From contig NZ_CP011041.1 in assembly GCF_002310835.1 (NCBI RefSeq), positions 900,001-932,000 of the forward strand: 32,000 nucleotides of DNA, given 5' to 3'. The DNA comes from Pseudoalteromonas tetraodonis. GTDB lineage: Bacteria > Pseudomonadota > Gammaproteobacteria > Enterobacterales > Alteromonadaceae. The translations under genes were made by a program, and so were the position numbers. The first letter of the stretch is position 1. Each line of letters starts with the position of its first letter. The notes beneath the pieces were generated by a model. It searched no databases and was not told the DNA's origin. It worked only from the letters and a program-made list of their open reading frames with translations. Positions 1 to 9,318 of the stretch are shown here, piece by piece.

Positions 1-120
1 TTAACAACTTTTTGCACAAACATACCAGGTTTTAGCTGTGTAGTAGGAATGGTTTTCAAAGTGAACTCTAATTAACAAATATGATTAGAGAAAGTAACAA
101 ATAAATTCACATTTAGAAAT

Positions 121-150
121 AAAAAAAGGCATCAAATTGATGCCTTTTTA
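121..150. terminator. Bidirectional rho-independent terminator just downstream of putA
   Basis: AAAAAAAGGCATCA-aat-TGATGCCTTTTT: a GC-containing stem with an A-run on one side and a T-run on the other, 20 nt past the putA stop. Confidence 0.7.
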
Positions 151-169
151 ATTAAATGATGACTATTTT

Positions 170-3100
170 CTATTCATCATCTTCAACAAGCGTCATCAAC
201 GAGGTGTTACCGCCTGATGCCGTTGTATCGATACTGATTGTTTTTTCAGTAATTAAGCGCTTAATTAGCGTGTCGTAATACTCTGAGCTGATCACTGGCA
301 GTATTGCGCCTTTACGTTGTGCAAGCTGTTGGCTGAAGTAGCCTAAGCGAGAAGAACGTGCAGCAACTACCGCACCCGCTAAGTGAGGGTGTGCCAATAT
401 AGCTTGTAACTGGTTTGGTTTAGCTACTTGGAAAACACCTTCAGCAACGCCGGTTGCAATAAACTTATCTCTAAAGGCAACCGCTTCGTCGTAAAATATT
501 TCAGATGCAACAGTAATTACCGTATTACCAGCCGCTAGTGCGGTAATAATAGACAGTGCCCAAAAGTTAAATGAGGTGCTTTTATCTGCGTAACAAACCA
601 CACAACCCCGAGCTTCAAGGTGAAGTGTATTCGACTCACCTGTTGGCCCTGGCAATGTTGTATATTTACGCATGTGCTTTTCTAAGCGGTTTAACTGAGC
701 GCGAGCATCGGCAAGTGTTAACGCTAAATCGTCCGCGAGGTCGTCAATAATTTCAACCGTCGCTACTTTCGCTAATAACTGACGTACCGCAGAAACACGG
801 TCATTCAGTGGCGTTGCACGCCAGATTTTTTCATCGCGCATAGAGTTAACCATCAGCTTTTCTACTTGCTCATTTGCGCCACTGTAGTGGTGTAAATCAA
901 GCTCATCTGGCGTTAGGTTAGTCATTTGTACGTTATCTGGTGATGCTTTTTCTTTTATTAGGCGTTGTAGATAGTTTGGTCCACCGGCTTTAGGGCCAGT
1001 ACCAGAGAGTCCACGGCCACCAAACGGTTGCACGCCAACAATGGCACCAATCATATTACGGTTGATGTATACGTTACCTGCACGCGACATTTTCGCTAAA
1101 TGTTCACAACGTTCTTCAATGCGAGAATGAATACCCATTGTTAAGCCGTAACCCGTGTTGTTGATTTGGTCGACAACACTATCAAGCTCACTCGATTTAA
1201 AGCGGATAACATGCACACACGGGCCAAATACTTCACGTTTCAATACCGATAAGTCTTTAATTTCGTATAAACGTGGTGCAAAGAAAAATGCGCCATTTTC
1301 GCTGTTATCAGGAATTTTACACTCATAGTGAAGTGTTGCATTACCCTTGAGGTATTCAACATGGTCGTTGAGTGTTTTAAGCGCTTTTTCATCTATTACT
1401 GGGCCTACGTCTGTAGAGAGTAATGATGGGTCGCCAATATGCAACTCAGCAAGTGCGCCTTTAAGCATATCGATAATGCCATCAGCTACGTCTTCTTGAA
1501 TAAAGAGTACGCGTAATGCTGAACAACGTTGACCCGCACTTTGGAAACCAGAACTGATAACATCATCAACAACTTGCTCAGGAAGCGCTGTTGAGTCAAC
1601 AATCATACAGTTTTGGCCGCCAGTCTCTGCAATTAAAGGCACCTGAATATCGTTACGTGCCGCTAATGTTTGCGAGATAAGCGTGCCCGTTTCAGTTGAA
1701 CCTGTAAACATAACAGCTTGAATACGCTCATCAGGAACAATGGTTTTACCTACTTCGCTACCGCGAGCAATGACAGGTTGTACAACGTGCTCAGGTAAAC
1801 CAACTGATAGCATTAATTCAATGGCACGTAGTGCGATTAAGCTGGTTTGCTCTGCTGGTTTTGCAATAACCGTGTTACCAGTAACAATGGCCGCTGCAAC
1901 TTGACCCAAGAAAATAGCGAGCGGGAAGTTCCATGGGCTAATACATAAAATAACACCGCGGGCTTCAAAGCGTTCATCTTGCGCAAGCTCTTCAGCACGG
2001 GCTGCGTAGTAACGACAAAAATCAACGGCTTCACGTACTTCATCAATACCATCTTGTGCTACTTTACCTGCTTCTTTAATACAGATAGCAACAAGCTCAT
2101 CGTGATGGCGCTCTAAAATATCAGCAACGCGACGTAATAAATTGGCGCGCTCTTTTACCGGTGTTTGTGACCATGATTCAAATGCGGTTTCAGCGTTGGC
2201 TAGCAACACTTTCATTTCATCACTATTTTGTAATTTTATATGGCCAATAATTTCTTTATGGTTTGCAGGGTTTTTAACTGCCAGCGCGCCCTCTGGTACT
2301 TGGCTTTCATCAATTAAATGCTCTTCAAACCAAGTATCTAAATTTTCTTTAAACGGGGTGATCACGTTAATATCAGTTAAGTCCATACCTTTTGAATTGG
2401 CACGTTCTTCACCGTATAAATCAATTGGCATTTTTATCTGTGTGTTGTATTTATTACGTAAACCTTGCAGTGTTTCAACAGGATCTGGCAATAATGCTTC
2501 AACCGGTTGTGTGGTATCTACAATGGCATTTACAAATGACGAGTTAGCGCCGTTTTCTAGTAAACGACGCACAAGGTAAGCAAGTAGGTCTTCGTGTTGG
2601 CCGACCGGTGCGTATACGCGGCACTGAATTTTTTCTTCATCAACGATTTGGTCAAATAAAGATTCACCCATACCGTGAAGACGTTGGAATTCAAAACCTT
2701 GGTTATCACCTTTGGCCACTTCTAAAATAGTCGCTGCGGTGTAGGCGTTGTGTGTTGCAAATTGCGGGTAAAGTACATCACGTGCTTCGAGCATTTTAAT
2801 CGCACACGCTTTATATGATACATCCGTGGTTGCTTTACGGGTAAACACCGGGAAGTAATCTAAACCATCTTGTTGTGTGGTTTTGATTTCTGTATCCCAG
2901 TATGCGCCTTTTACTAAACGCACCATCATTTTGCGACCCACACGGGTTGCTAGGTCGGTTAGCCATTCAATAACAAAAATAGCGCGTTTTTGATAAGCCT
3001 GAACTGCTAAACCAAAACCTTGCCAATCGCCTAAATCGTCATCGCTAAATACTGCCTCAATAACATCAAGAGAAATATCTAAACGGTCAGCTTCTTCTGC

Positions 3101-3973
3101 ATCAACAGTAAAGCCGATATCGTATTTTTTAGCGGCAAGGGCTAGCTCTTTTAGTTTTGGAACGATTTCTTCCATTACACGCTCTCTATGAGTGAACTCA
3201 TATCGAGGGTGAATAGCCGATAACTTTACAGAAATACCTGGGCTTTTTATTGGACCACGGCCATTTGCGGCTTTACCGATAGCATGAATCGCATTCATGT
3301 AACTATCAAAGTAACGCTTGGCGTCTTTCATTGTGCGAGCACCTTCGCCTAGCATATCGTAAGAATATACATAGCCTTTTTGCTCTTTTTCAGCAGCACG
3401 CTCAATCGCTTCGTTAATGGTACGACCCATTACGAACTGTTTGCCCATTATCTTCATAGCAAAGTTAACAGACTTACGTATAACTGGCTCGCCTAAACGA
3501 CCAATGGTTTTTTTGAGTATGCCAAACTGTTGCTCTTTAGTCTTATCGTTATAGTTAACCATTTTACCGGTTACTAATAATCCCCAAGACGAGGCATTAA
3601 CGAATAAAGAGTCACTACTACCTAAGTGAGAGCTCCAATCGCCGTTTGCTAATTTATCACGTATTAATGTTTCTTGAGTTGCTTTATCAGGAACACGAAG
3701 CAGCGCTTCGGCTAAACACATTAATACCACACCTTCTTCACTCGATAGTGAAAATTCATTTAATAGCGCATCAACACCGCTTTGACCGTCTTGGTCTTTA
3801 CGAATGTTTAAAACTATTTGGCGAGCTCTTTCCCATGCACGGCTTCGTGCTTTAACACCGACTTCTGCAAGTGGTAAAATGTGATCAATAACCGCATTTT
3901 CATCTATACGGTAGAAGTCACGGATCTTTTGTCTGATCGGACAAGTCGTTGTTAAATCGCCATTGAATAACAT
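170..3973 (-). CDS. putA: Bifunctional proline dehydrogenase / L-glutamate-gamma-semialdehyde (P5C) dehydrogenase PutA
   Basis: Long ORF collinear with E. coli PutA: LLNEFSLSSEEGVVLMCLAEALLRVPDK, VRLVKGAYWD, YLVRRLLENGANSSFVN, ISPWNFPLAIF, FTGSTE, GQRCSA and GLSGTGPKAGGP. The ORF track starts at TTG 3979. I prefer ATG 3973, which lies 6 nt after a GAGGG Shine-Dalgarno. The N-terminus lacks the ribbon-helix-helix DNA-binding domain of enterobacterial PutA. Confidence 0.97.
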   Translation of the reverse strand: MLFNGDLTTTCPIRQKIRDFYRIDENAVIDHILPLAEVGVKARSRAWERARQIVLNIRKDQDGQSGVDALLNEFSLSSEEGVVLMCLAEALLRVPDKATQETLIRDKLANGDWSSHLGSSDSLFVNASSWGLLVTGKMVNYNDKTKEQQFGILKKTIGRLGEPVIRKSVNFAMKIMGKQFVMGRTINEAIERAAEKEQKGYVYSYDMLGEGARTMKDAKRYFDSYMNAIHAIGKAANGRGPIKSPGISVKLSAIHPRYEFTHRERVMEEIVPKLKELALAAKKYDIGFTVDAEEADRLDISLDVIEAVFSDDDLGDWQGFGLAVQAYQKRAIFVIEWLTDLATRVGRKMMVRLVKGAYWDTEIKTTQQDGLDYFPVFTRKATTDVSYKACAIKMLEARDVLYPQFATHNAYTAATILEVAKGDNQGFEFQRLHGMGESLFDQIVDEEKIQCRVYAPVGQHEDLLAYLVRRLLENGANSSFVNAIVDTTQPVEALLPDPVETLQGLRNKYNTQIKMPIDLYGEERANSKGMDLTDINVITPFKENLDTWFEEHLIDESQVPEGALAVKNPANHKEIIGHIKLQNSDEMKVLLANAETAFESWSQTPVKERANLLRRVADILERHHDELVAICIKEAGKVAQDGIDEVREAVDFCRYYAARAEELAQDERFEARGVILCISPWNFPLAIFLGQVAAAIVTGNTVIAKPAEQTSLIALRAIELMLSVGLPEHVVQPVIARGSEVGKTIVPDERIQAVMFTGSTETGTLISQTLAARNDIQVPLIAETGGQNCMIVDSTALPEQVVDDVISSGFQSAGQRCSALRVLFIQEDVADGIIDMLKGALAELHIGDPSLLSTDVGPVIDEKALKTLNDHVEYLKGNATLHYECKIPDNSENGAFFFAPRLYEIKDLSVLKREVFGPCVHVIRFKSSELDSVVDQINNTGYGLTMGIHSRIEERCEHLAKMSRAGNVYINRNMIGAIVGVQPFGGRGLSGTGPKAGGPNYLQRLIKEKASPDNVQMTNLTPDELDLHHYSGANEQVEKLMVNSMRDEKIWRATPLNDRVSAVRQLLAKVATVEIIDDLADDLALTLADARAQLNRLEKHMRKYTTLPGPTGESNTLHLEARGCVVCYADKSTSFNFWALSIITALAAGNTVITVASEIFYDEAVAFRDKFIATGVAEGVFQVAKPNQLQAILAHPHLAGAVVAARSSRLGYFSQQLAQRKGAILPVISSEYYDTLIKRLITEKTISIDTTASGGNTSLMTLVEDDE

Positions 3974-4060
3974 AAGCAACCCTCAGGAGTGTTAAGACTT
4001 AGGGTAATTGTTAATTACCGCTAAATGTTGTTGGTGTAAAGCGTGCATTCTAATTAAAAT

Positions 4061-4077
4061 CCAGCAGAATATGCTGG
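4061..4077. promoter_or_regulatory. Candidate Lrp-family (PutR) operator in the putA/putR divergent intergenic region
   Basis: Palindrome CCAGCA-GAATA-TGCTGG. The inner 15-mer CAGCAGAATATGCTG matches the Lrp consensus YAGHAWATTWTDCTR at 13 of 15 positions by my hand alignment. It lies between the two divergent start codons. Confidence 0.45.
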
Positions 4078-4142
4078 TTAATTTTGCCGTTTTACGATAA
4101 TTTACAGGGCATATTATTAACTTATCCATATAAAATACTGAT

Positions 4143-4625
4143 ATGACTAATCCGAATAGATTACGCCTGCTTGATCGTATCGATATATCAATTTTAGACG
4201 TTTTGCAGCGCAATGGTAGAATTTCAAATGTTAACCTCGCAAAACAAGTGAATTTAAGTCCTAGTCCTTGTTTAGATAGAGTTAAACGTCTGGAGCAAGA
4301 AGGCTACATTGAGGGATATTTTGCAAAGTTAAGCGAGGAAAAGCTCAATCAAAGCTTAGTGGCGCATGTGCAGGTATCATTAGTCACCTCAAATACAGCG
4401 GTATTTAAAGTGTTTCGCGAACACATTCTTAAAATTAAGCAGGTTGTTGAATGTGACATGGTAGCGGGTGGTTACGACTATTTATTAAAAATTCGCGTCT
4501 CTAATATGGATGAATACAGAGAAGTATTAGGTGATTTGGTTGATATTCCAGGGGTGGGTACACACCACACTTACATGGTAATAGAAAAAATCAAACAGGA
4601 TCCTGGACTGCGTTTAGATATGTAA
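4143..4625 (+). CDS. putR: Lrp/AsnC-family transcriptional regulator, probable proline-responsive activator of putA
   Basis: 160 aa. It has an N-terminal HTH (LDRIDISILDVLQRNGRISNVNLAKQVNLSPSPCLDRVKRLEQEGYI) followed by a RAM/AsnC_trans_reg ligand domain. It is divergent from an RHH-less putA, the arrangement known for PutR in Agrobacterium, Rhodobacter and Vibrio. The symbol is assigned by context only. Confidence 0.85.
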   Translation: MTNPNRLRLLDRIDISILDVLQRNGRISNVNLAKQVNLSPSPCLDRVKRLEQEGYIEGYFAKLSEEKLNQSLVAHVQVSLVTSNTAVFKVFREHILKIKQVVECDMVAGGYDYLLKIRVSNMDEYREVLGDLVDIPGVGTHHTYMVIEKIKQDPGLRLDM

Positions 4626-4656
4626 CCTTTGAGTACATTATTGCAGGTATAAAAAA

Positions 4657-4704
4657 TTGCAGGCATAAAAAAAGCATCTTTCGATGCTTTTTTTATGCCT
4701 GCAA
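4657..4704. terminator. Extended perfect-palindrome bidirectional terminator between convergent putR and ygiM
   Basis: TTGCAGGCATAAAAAAAGCATC-tttc-GATGCTTTTTTTATGCCTGCAA: a 22-bp perfect stem that includes the A-run and T-run. Confidence 0.8.
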
Positions 4705-4716
4705 TATAGGTGGCGC

Positions 4717-5322
4717 TTACGCCCAACCTTCATAGCGTTTTCTGCGTGATAACACAATAGTTAAAATAATTCCTAAGAACAAACCTAAAAATGCAATAGC
4801 ACCACCATAAGTGAGCAGCTGACGCTTTTCTTTAGCACTGGTTGCTTGCTTTAATTGTTGTTCTTGAGCAAGCGAGTCTTGTAATTGACTTATTTGTGCT
4901 AACAGCTGAGCATTTTGTTCGGTTAGCTGTGAGTTTTGTTCTTGTAGTTCAGGTAATTCTACTTGCGCTTGGCGTAATTTATTTTGCATAGCGCTAATTT
5001 CGCTGTTAAGCGCTTGATACTGCTGCTTTAAACCAGCTGATTCGCTGATGAATTTAGCCTCTACCCAGCCTTCACTGTCTTTATCATCTTTAACTTTTAT
5101 AAAACCGTTTTGTTCATCAGATAATAAAGTCAGTTGCGTGCCTGCATCTATAGAACCGAGTAAGCGATAGTCTTTACTGGCGCCTGAACGCATAAAAGTA
5201 TACAAGTTATCGATTATATAAGCTGTTTTAGCATTAGTAGGCGGCGTTGATTGAGCTTCCTCTGCTTGGCTCATAAACGGGGCGGCTGTTAAAAGCAGCC
5301 ATAGTAAACAGTGTTTTAGCAT
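4717..5322 (-). CDS. ygiM: Signal-peptide-bearing bacterial SH3-domain protein with coiled coil and C-terminal TM anchor (YgiM family)
   Basis: 201 aa. Features are a signal peptide (MLKHCLLWLLLTAAPFMSQA), an SH3b-like segment (MRSGASKDYRLLGSIDAGTQLTLL...GWVEAKF), a Q-rich coiled coil and a terminal TM helix followed by RRKRYEGWA. It is divergent from ygiF, as in E. coli. Confidence 0.85.
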   Translation of the reverse strand: MLKHCLLWLLLTAAPFMSQAEEAQSTPPTNAKTAYIIDNLYTFMRSGASKDYRLLGSIDAGTQLTLLSDEQNGFIKVKDDKDSEGWVEAKFISESAGLKQQYQALNSEISAMQNKLRQAQVELPELQEQNSQLTEQNAQLLAQISQLQDSLAQEQQLKQATSAKEKRQLLTYGGAIAFLGLFLGIILTIVLSRRKRYEGWA

Positions 5323-5534
5323 TTATCTACCTTGTTAATCTAGCAGTGTCCGTTGTGAACGTGATTTTTATTTCGCATAAGTATATAGATAGTATGGATT
5401 TAATAGTTTAATAGCAAGATAGATATTGTAACCAAAGCATTTTGCTTGCGTGTTTATGACTAAAAAATTTGCAATATAGGTCTGCTTTGTTTATTTTGAG
5501 CACTTATTAATTTTAAGGGTAATCCGCAAGCCTA

Positions 5535-7055
5535 ATGGATACTGAGATAGAACTGAAGTTTTTGGTATCAGATGACGTCATTCCACTGATCCCCTCGTTA
5601 ATTACTCAATTTGCAAAAACAGTCACAAACAAGCCTTCTAAAAGTTTGCAAAATGCTTATTTTGATACGCCAAGCAGAGAGCTGAGAGCACTCGATATTG
5701 GTTTTAGAACGCGTTGTACAGACGAGCGCTGTGAGCAAACAATTAAGCTTGCAGGAGACGTGGTGGGGGGATTACATCAACGTCCAGAATATAACCTTCC
5801 CATAGAAACACACCGACCTAATTTAATGGCGTTTGATTCATCAATTTGGCCACACGGCATGCAAATTGATGTTATATCACAAAACCTCTACCCTATATTT
5901 AGTACTAATTTTATCCGCCGTACGTGGTTAATTGAAACGCAAAATGGTGCCAAAATTGAAGTGGTATTAGATAAAGGTGAAGTGGCCGCCTCGGGTAAAG
6001 TGGAGATTATTAGCGAGCTTGAAATAGAGCTCGTCGAAGGTAGCCGGGATGAGCTATTTGCTTTAGCAGATAAATTAATAAGCCAAAACAGTGTGCGCTT
6101 GGGGCTTTATTCAAAAGCAGCAAGAGGCTACCGCCTAGCGGATAACACACCGTTACAACCGAGTAAATCTATCGGTTTTGTTAAACTTACTAAGCAAGCC
6201 ACTCAAGAGCAAGCACTTATTGAAGCCATGGGCTTTGGTATTCGCTTTGTGCAAAAACATGAGCAATGCTATTTTGATAAGCCAAGTTTAAAAACATTAA
6301 AACGTGTGACCGACGGTATTAGTTTAATTCGTCATAACTTTTGGTTATTTGATGATATTGTCAGTAAAGACAGCACCGAGAACCTCAGAACGGAGCTAAA
6401 GTGGTTATTGAGTGAATTAGCATGGGTTGAAAATGCCATTCAGTTAAAAACTTACACTTCTAAGCGCCATGCTTTTTATAAAAAAATAAACAGTGCGCCC
6501 GCCTTAGCTCAAGTTATTAACGATTTAAAAGAGTTACAACCGAGTATTGATGATATTTTTGCGCTTTTTCATAGTGCGCGTTACAACCGTTTATTGCTGA
6601 GCTTAACAACATGGCTGATAAATAAGCAGTGGCGTAAAGACTGGAGCCAAGCAGAGCTACAAAACGCTGAGCAGCCCGTTATTAATATTGCTCATCGTTT
6701 ATTTGATAAAGATTGGAAAAATTTACACCGCTTATTGCCTAAAGAGCAAAGTTTAGCGGGCAATGATTATTTAAATTTTCGTACTCAGTTAGAAAATAGC
6801 TTACTCAGTGGTAACTGTTTAGGTGCACTGTTTAATAAAGATGAACGATTAGAATTTAGGCTTCCTTGGCTCGATATTTCTCATGGCATGTATGAGCTAA
6901 GCACGCTTGATTATTTAAAACAGCTGTGTGGCGGTCAAGAAGATGCTCAACTAGCAAAAATACAACTATGGTTGGAACAAAAGTCTGACTTTTTAGTCAG
7001 TGCCATGGAGCAAAGTCGACACGCTTCATTTGATACAGAACCGTATTGGCTTTGA
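5535..7055 (+). CDS. ygiF: CYTH + CHAD domain protein (inorganic triphosphatase YgiF family)
   Basis: 506 aa. It has the N-terminal CYTH signature EIELKF (ExExK) and a second acidic strand, ELEIELVEG. The long helical C-terminal half is typical of CHAD. Confidence 0.88.
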   Translation: MDTEIELKFLVSDDVIPLIPSLITQFAKTVTNKPSKSLQNAYFDTPSRELRALDIGFRTRCTDERCEQTIKLAGDVVGGLHQRPEYNLPIETHRPNLMAFDSSIWPHGMQIDVISQNLYPIFSTNFIRRTWLIETQNGAKIEVVLDKGEVAASGKVEIISELEIELVEGSRDELFALADKLISQNSVRLGLYSKAARGYRLADNTPLQPSKSIGFVKLTKQATQEQALIEAMGFGIRFVQKHEQCYFDKPSLKTLKRVTDGISLIRHNFWLFDDIVSKDSTENLRTELKWLLSELAWVENAIQLKTYTSKRHAFYKKINSAPALAQVINDLKELQPSIDDIFALFHSARYNRLLLSLTTWLINKQWRKDWSQAELQNAEQPVINIAHRLFDKDWKNLHRLLPKEQSLAGNDYLNFRTQLENSLLSGNCLGALFNKDERLEFRLPWLDISHGMYELSTLDYLKQLCGGQEDAQLAKIQLWLEQKSDFLVSAMEQSRHASFDTEPYWL

Positions 7056-7747
7056 TGGCTAAGCACTTTTGCACGCTTAACTTGTTGCAAAAGTGCATTA
7101 TTCTATCGCTTTTGTGTTTTGTTACAAATGTGTATTCACAGCCCTCTTGGCAGCTTTACGAGAGTAAACAGGGGGTGAGTATTTATTTTCAGCGTTTGAG
7201 CGATGATACCTTGAAAATGAAAGCTGAAACGGTGGTTGAAAATACCACAGCAGAAGATTTAATCGCCTTACTCAGTGATACCGATGCTGCTCCCCGCTGG
7301 ATAGAAAATATTGCTAAAGTAAAATTACTGAAATATTTAAGCCCCTCAGAAAACCTTGTTTACAGCTTTATTGACTCCCCTTGGCCCGTTGCAAATAGAG
7401 ATTTAGTCACGTATTCGTGCTATACAAAACGCAGCGCGTTGCAAACTCAACTTAGTATTCATGCCCGTCCTGATTTTTTACCTCAAACTAAAGGGGTAGT
7501 AAGAATAAGCACATTAGATGCGACGTGGTTACTGACTCAGCAAGCGAATAACTTGCATATTGACTATCAGGTTTATGCGTTACCAGGCGGAAGTATACCC
7601 AATTGGCTAAATAACCGAGTCGCTCTCAAAAGCACCTTTAACACGCTAATAAATTTAGCTGAAATACTTGCTACTAAGCAGTACACAGCAAAGCCAACCG
7701 TCATCCGTACTGGGGATTGCACACATGGCGAATTGCCGCGGTTATAA
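7055..7747 (+). CDS. Secreted START/SRPBCC (lipid-binding fold) domain protein
   Basis: Signal peptide (ILSLLCFVTNVYSQ), then START-like motifs: W..YESKQGVSIY, APRWIENI and SPWPVANRDLV. I place the start at ATG 7055, which overlaps the ygiF stop as TGATG. The ORF track starts at TTG 7046. Confidence 0.8.
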   Translation: MAKHFCTLNLLQKCIILSLLCFVTNVYSQPSWQLYESKQGVSIYFQRLSDDTLKMKAETVVENTTAEDLIALLSDTDAAPRWIENIAKVKLLKYLSPSENLVYSFIDSPWPVANRDLVTYSCYTKRSALQTQLSIHARPDFLPQTKGVVRISTLDATWLLTQQANNLHIDYQVYALPGGSIPNWLNNRVALKSTFNTLINLAEILATKQYTAKPTVIRTGDCTHGELPRL

Positions 7748-7749
7748 GC

Positions 7750-7778
7750 AAAAAAGTGACCTAAGTGGTCACTTTTTT
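7750..7778. terminator. Bidirectional terminator between the START gene and the S10 peptidase gene
   Basis: AAAAAGTGACC-taagt-GGTCACTTTTTT. Confidence 0.8.
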
Positions 7779-7800
7779 AATTGTTATAAGCGCATAATCA

Positions 7801-9318
7801 TTAGTATTTAGCGGATTGACCGTCTTTAGGTATAGACTGTTTTATAAACTCGCGTAAATCGTTGTTAGAGCTTTCTAAATCTGCATGACGTAGGTACATC
7901 ATGTGGCCACTGCGGTAGCCTTTAAAGCTCAATCTATCTTGCATTTTGCCACTTGGATCTAGTTGCCACATTGTGTATTTAGCATCAAAGTAGTTTGTTG
8001 CACCATCAAAATAGCCCGCCTGAACCATCACATTTAAATACGGATTTTGAGCCATAGCTAAACGCAAGTTTTCACCGGTATTGTTTCCGCTTCTATCCCA
8101 TGGGTGAACGTTACCAAATAAGTTATATTTGATGTCGGTTTTGTAATTAAGCTCTTCACGCAGGTAGTAGTTAATTGCAGGGGTAAAAGAGTGCAGCCAC
8201 GATGTAAGCTCTGCCCAGTAATCTGGTGATTCACCGGCATCGCGCTTATCAATCCCTAAATAACGAGAATCCAGACGACCAACCATTTGTCCGCGTTCAC
8301 GTAATAGCTCTTTCCAAAAAAATTGTGTCGGGATGTCTAAGTTATTTTGGCTAACAAATGTTTCAGATAGACCTGCATATTTGGCCATTTTTTTAATAAT
8401 ACGACGTTTTTCATCTGGGGCAATAAATCCGCCTTTTGCAAGCGCGGGAGTGAGCTCATTAACGGTAAACTGTTCCACTTCAGGTAATAGCTCGTCTAAG
8501 TCTTTAGCTTGTAAATCAGCGCTTAATGCCTTGTGGTACCAGGCTGTAGCTGCAAAGTAAGGTAAGCGGTTAGCGGCTTTTACAGGACCATCGCGCTTAA
8601 TACCAATATCGGTAGGTGAAACGAGTACAACACCGTTAATGTACATCCATTGACTATTTTGTAGCTCATGCGCTAAGCCTGATACACGAGTGGTACCATA
8701 GCTTTCACCAATTAAAAATTTAGGAGAGCGCCAGCGTTCATTGCGAGATACAAAAGTATTAAGCCACTCTGCTAGATATTTTATATCGGCATTCACACCA
8801 AAAAATAACTCTTTTTGTTTATCCTTTGGTAGAAGGTTACCATCTTTATCTTCAACGACACGCGAATAACCCGTGTTTACAGGGTTTACGTAAACGATGT
8901 CGGCTACGTCTAAAACCGAGTAAGGGTTATCTTTAACACCGTAAGGTTGAATAGGGTAGCCTTCGTCGTCAATTTTTAAAACGCGTGGGCCGGTGTATGC
9001 TAAATGCATCCAAACTGACGCTGAGCCTGGGCCACCATTGAATGAAATAAGTAATGGGCGCTTTGTTCTATCATCGACCTTATCGCGCGTGTAGTAAGTG
9101 TATTGAAGGGTTGCGATGGCGTCTCCCTTGTCATCCCATACCGGTTGTGTGCCAGTTGCTACTGTGTAAGAAAATCGTTCATTATTTATTTTTGCTTTGT
9201 GCTGGGTAACCACTTTACTGTCAATATCAATGCGACGTTGATTATCGGCAAACGAGGCGCTACTTAGGGTGAGCGCAATAGCGGCAATGGGTAAAAATAG
9301 ACTTCGACTAAATTTCAT
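7801..9318 (-). CDS. Secreted peptidase family S10 (serine carboxypeptidase-like)
   Basis: 505 aa with a signal peptide (LPIAAIALTLSSASFA). Motifs are the oxyanion-region NGGPGSAS, the nucleophile GESYG(T) and a C-terminal catalytic His in SGHMMY, all in the order typical of S10. Confidence 0.85.
   Translation of the reverse strand: MKFSRSLFLPIAAIALTLSSASFADNQRRIDIDSKVVTQHKAKINNERFSYTVATGTQPVWDDKGDAIATLQYTYYTRDKVDDRTKRPLLISFNGGPGSASVWMHLAYTGPRVLKIDDEGYPIQPYGVKDNPYSVLDVADIVYVNPVNTGYSRVVEDKDGNLLPKDKQKELFFGVNADIKYLAEWLNTFVSRNERWRSPKFLIGESYGTTRVSGLAHELQNSQWMYINGVVLVSPTDIGIKRDGPVKAANRLPYFAATAWYHKALSADLQAKDLDELLPEVEQFTVNELTPALAKGGFIAPDEKRRIIKKMAKYAGLSETFVSQNNLDIPTQFFWKELLRERGQMVGRLDSRYLGIDKRDAGESPDYWAELTSWLHSFTPAINYYLREELNYKTDIKYNLFGNVHPWDRSGNNTGENLRLAMAQNPYLNVMVQAGYFDGATNYFDAKYTMWQLDPSGKMQDRLSFKGYRSGHMMYLRHADLESSNNDLREFIKQSIPKDGQSAKY

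Noticed and set aside
1-120. Possible gene ends at the left edge. Plus-strand frame 1 is open from the window edge to TAA 73-75 (...GMVFKVNSN-stop). On the minus strand, ATG 22-20 (MFVQKVV...) leaves the window.
   Set aside because: These are only 24 and 7 codons, with no recognisable motif and no clear Shine-Dalgarno. Open frames this short are expected by chance. I cannot decide between them, so neither is called.
1837-3855. ORFs inside putA: 1837-2052 (in an alternative same-strand frame), and 2142-2579 and 3646-3855 (antisense).
   Set aside because: They lie wholly within a strongly supported 1267-aa gene. They have low-complexity or odd composition and no ribosome-binding sites. They are typical shadow ORFs.
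3992-4213. A 73-aa minus-strand ORF spanning the putA/putR intergenic region and the putR 5' end.
   Set aside because: It overlaps the putR start and the divergent promoter/operator region. It has an implausible sequence and no Shine-Dalgarno.
4700-5481. An identical 12-mer, TGCAATATAGGT, occurs on both sides of ygiM (4700-4711 and 5470-5481), suggesting flanking direct repeats.
   Set aside because: In a 32-kb window, roughly 30 chance 12-mer repeats are expected (about 5e8 pairs divided by 1.7e7 possible words). There is no extended similarity around either copy.
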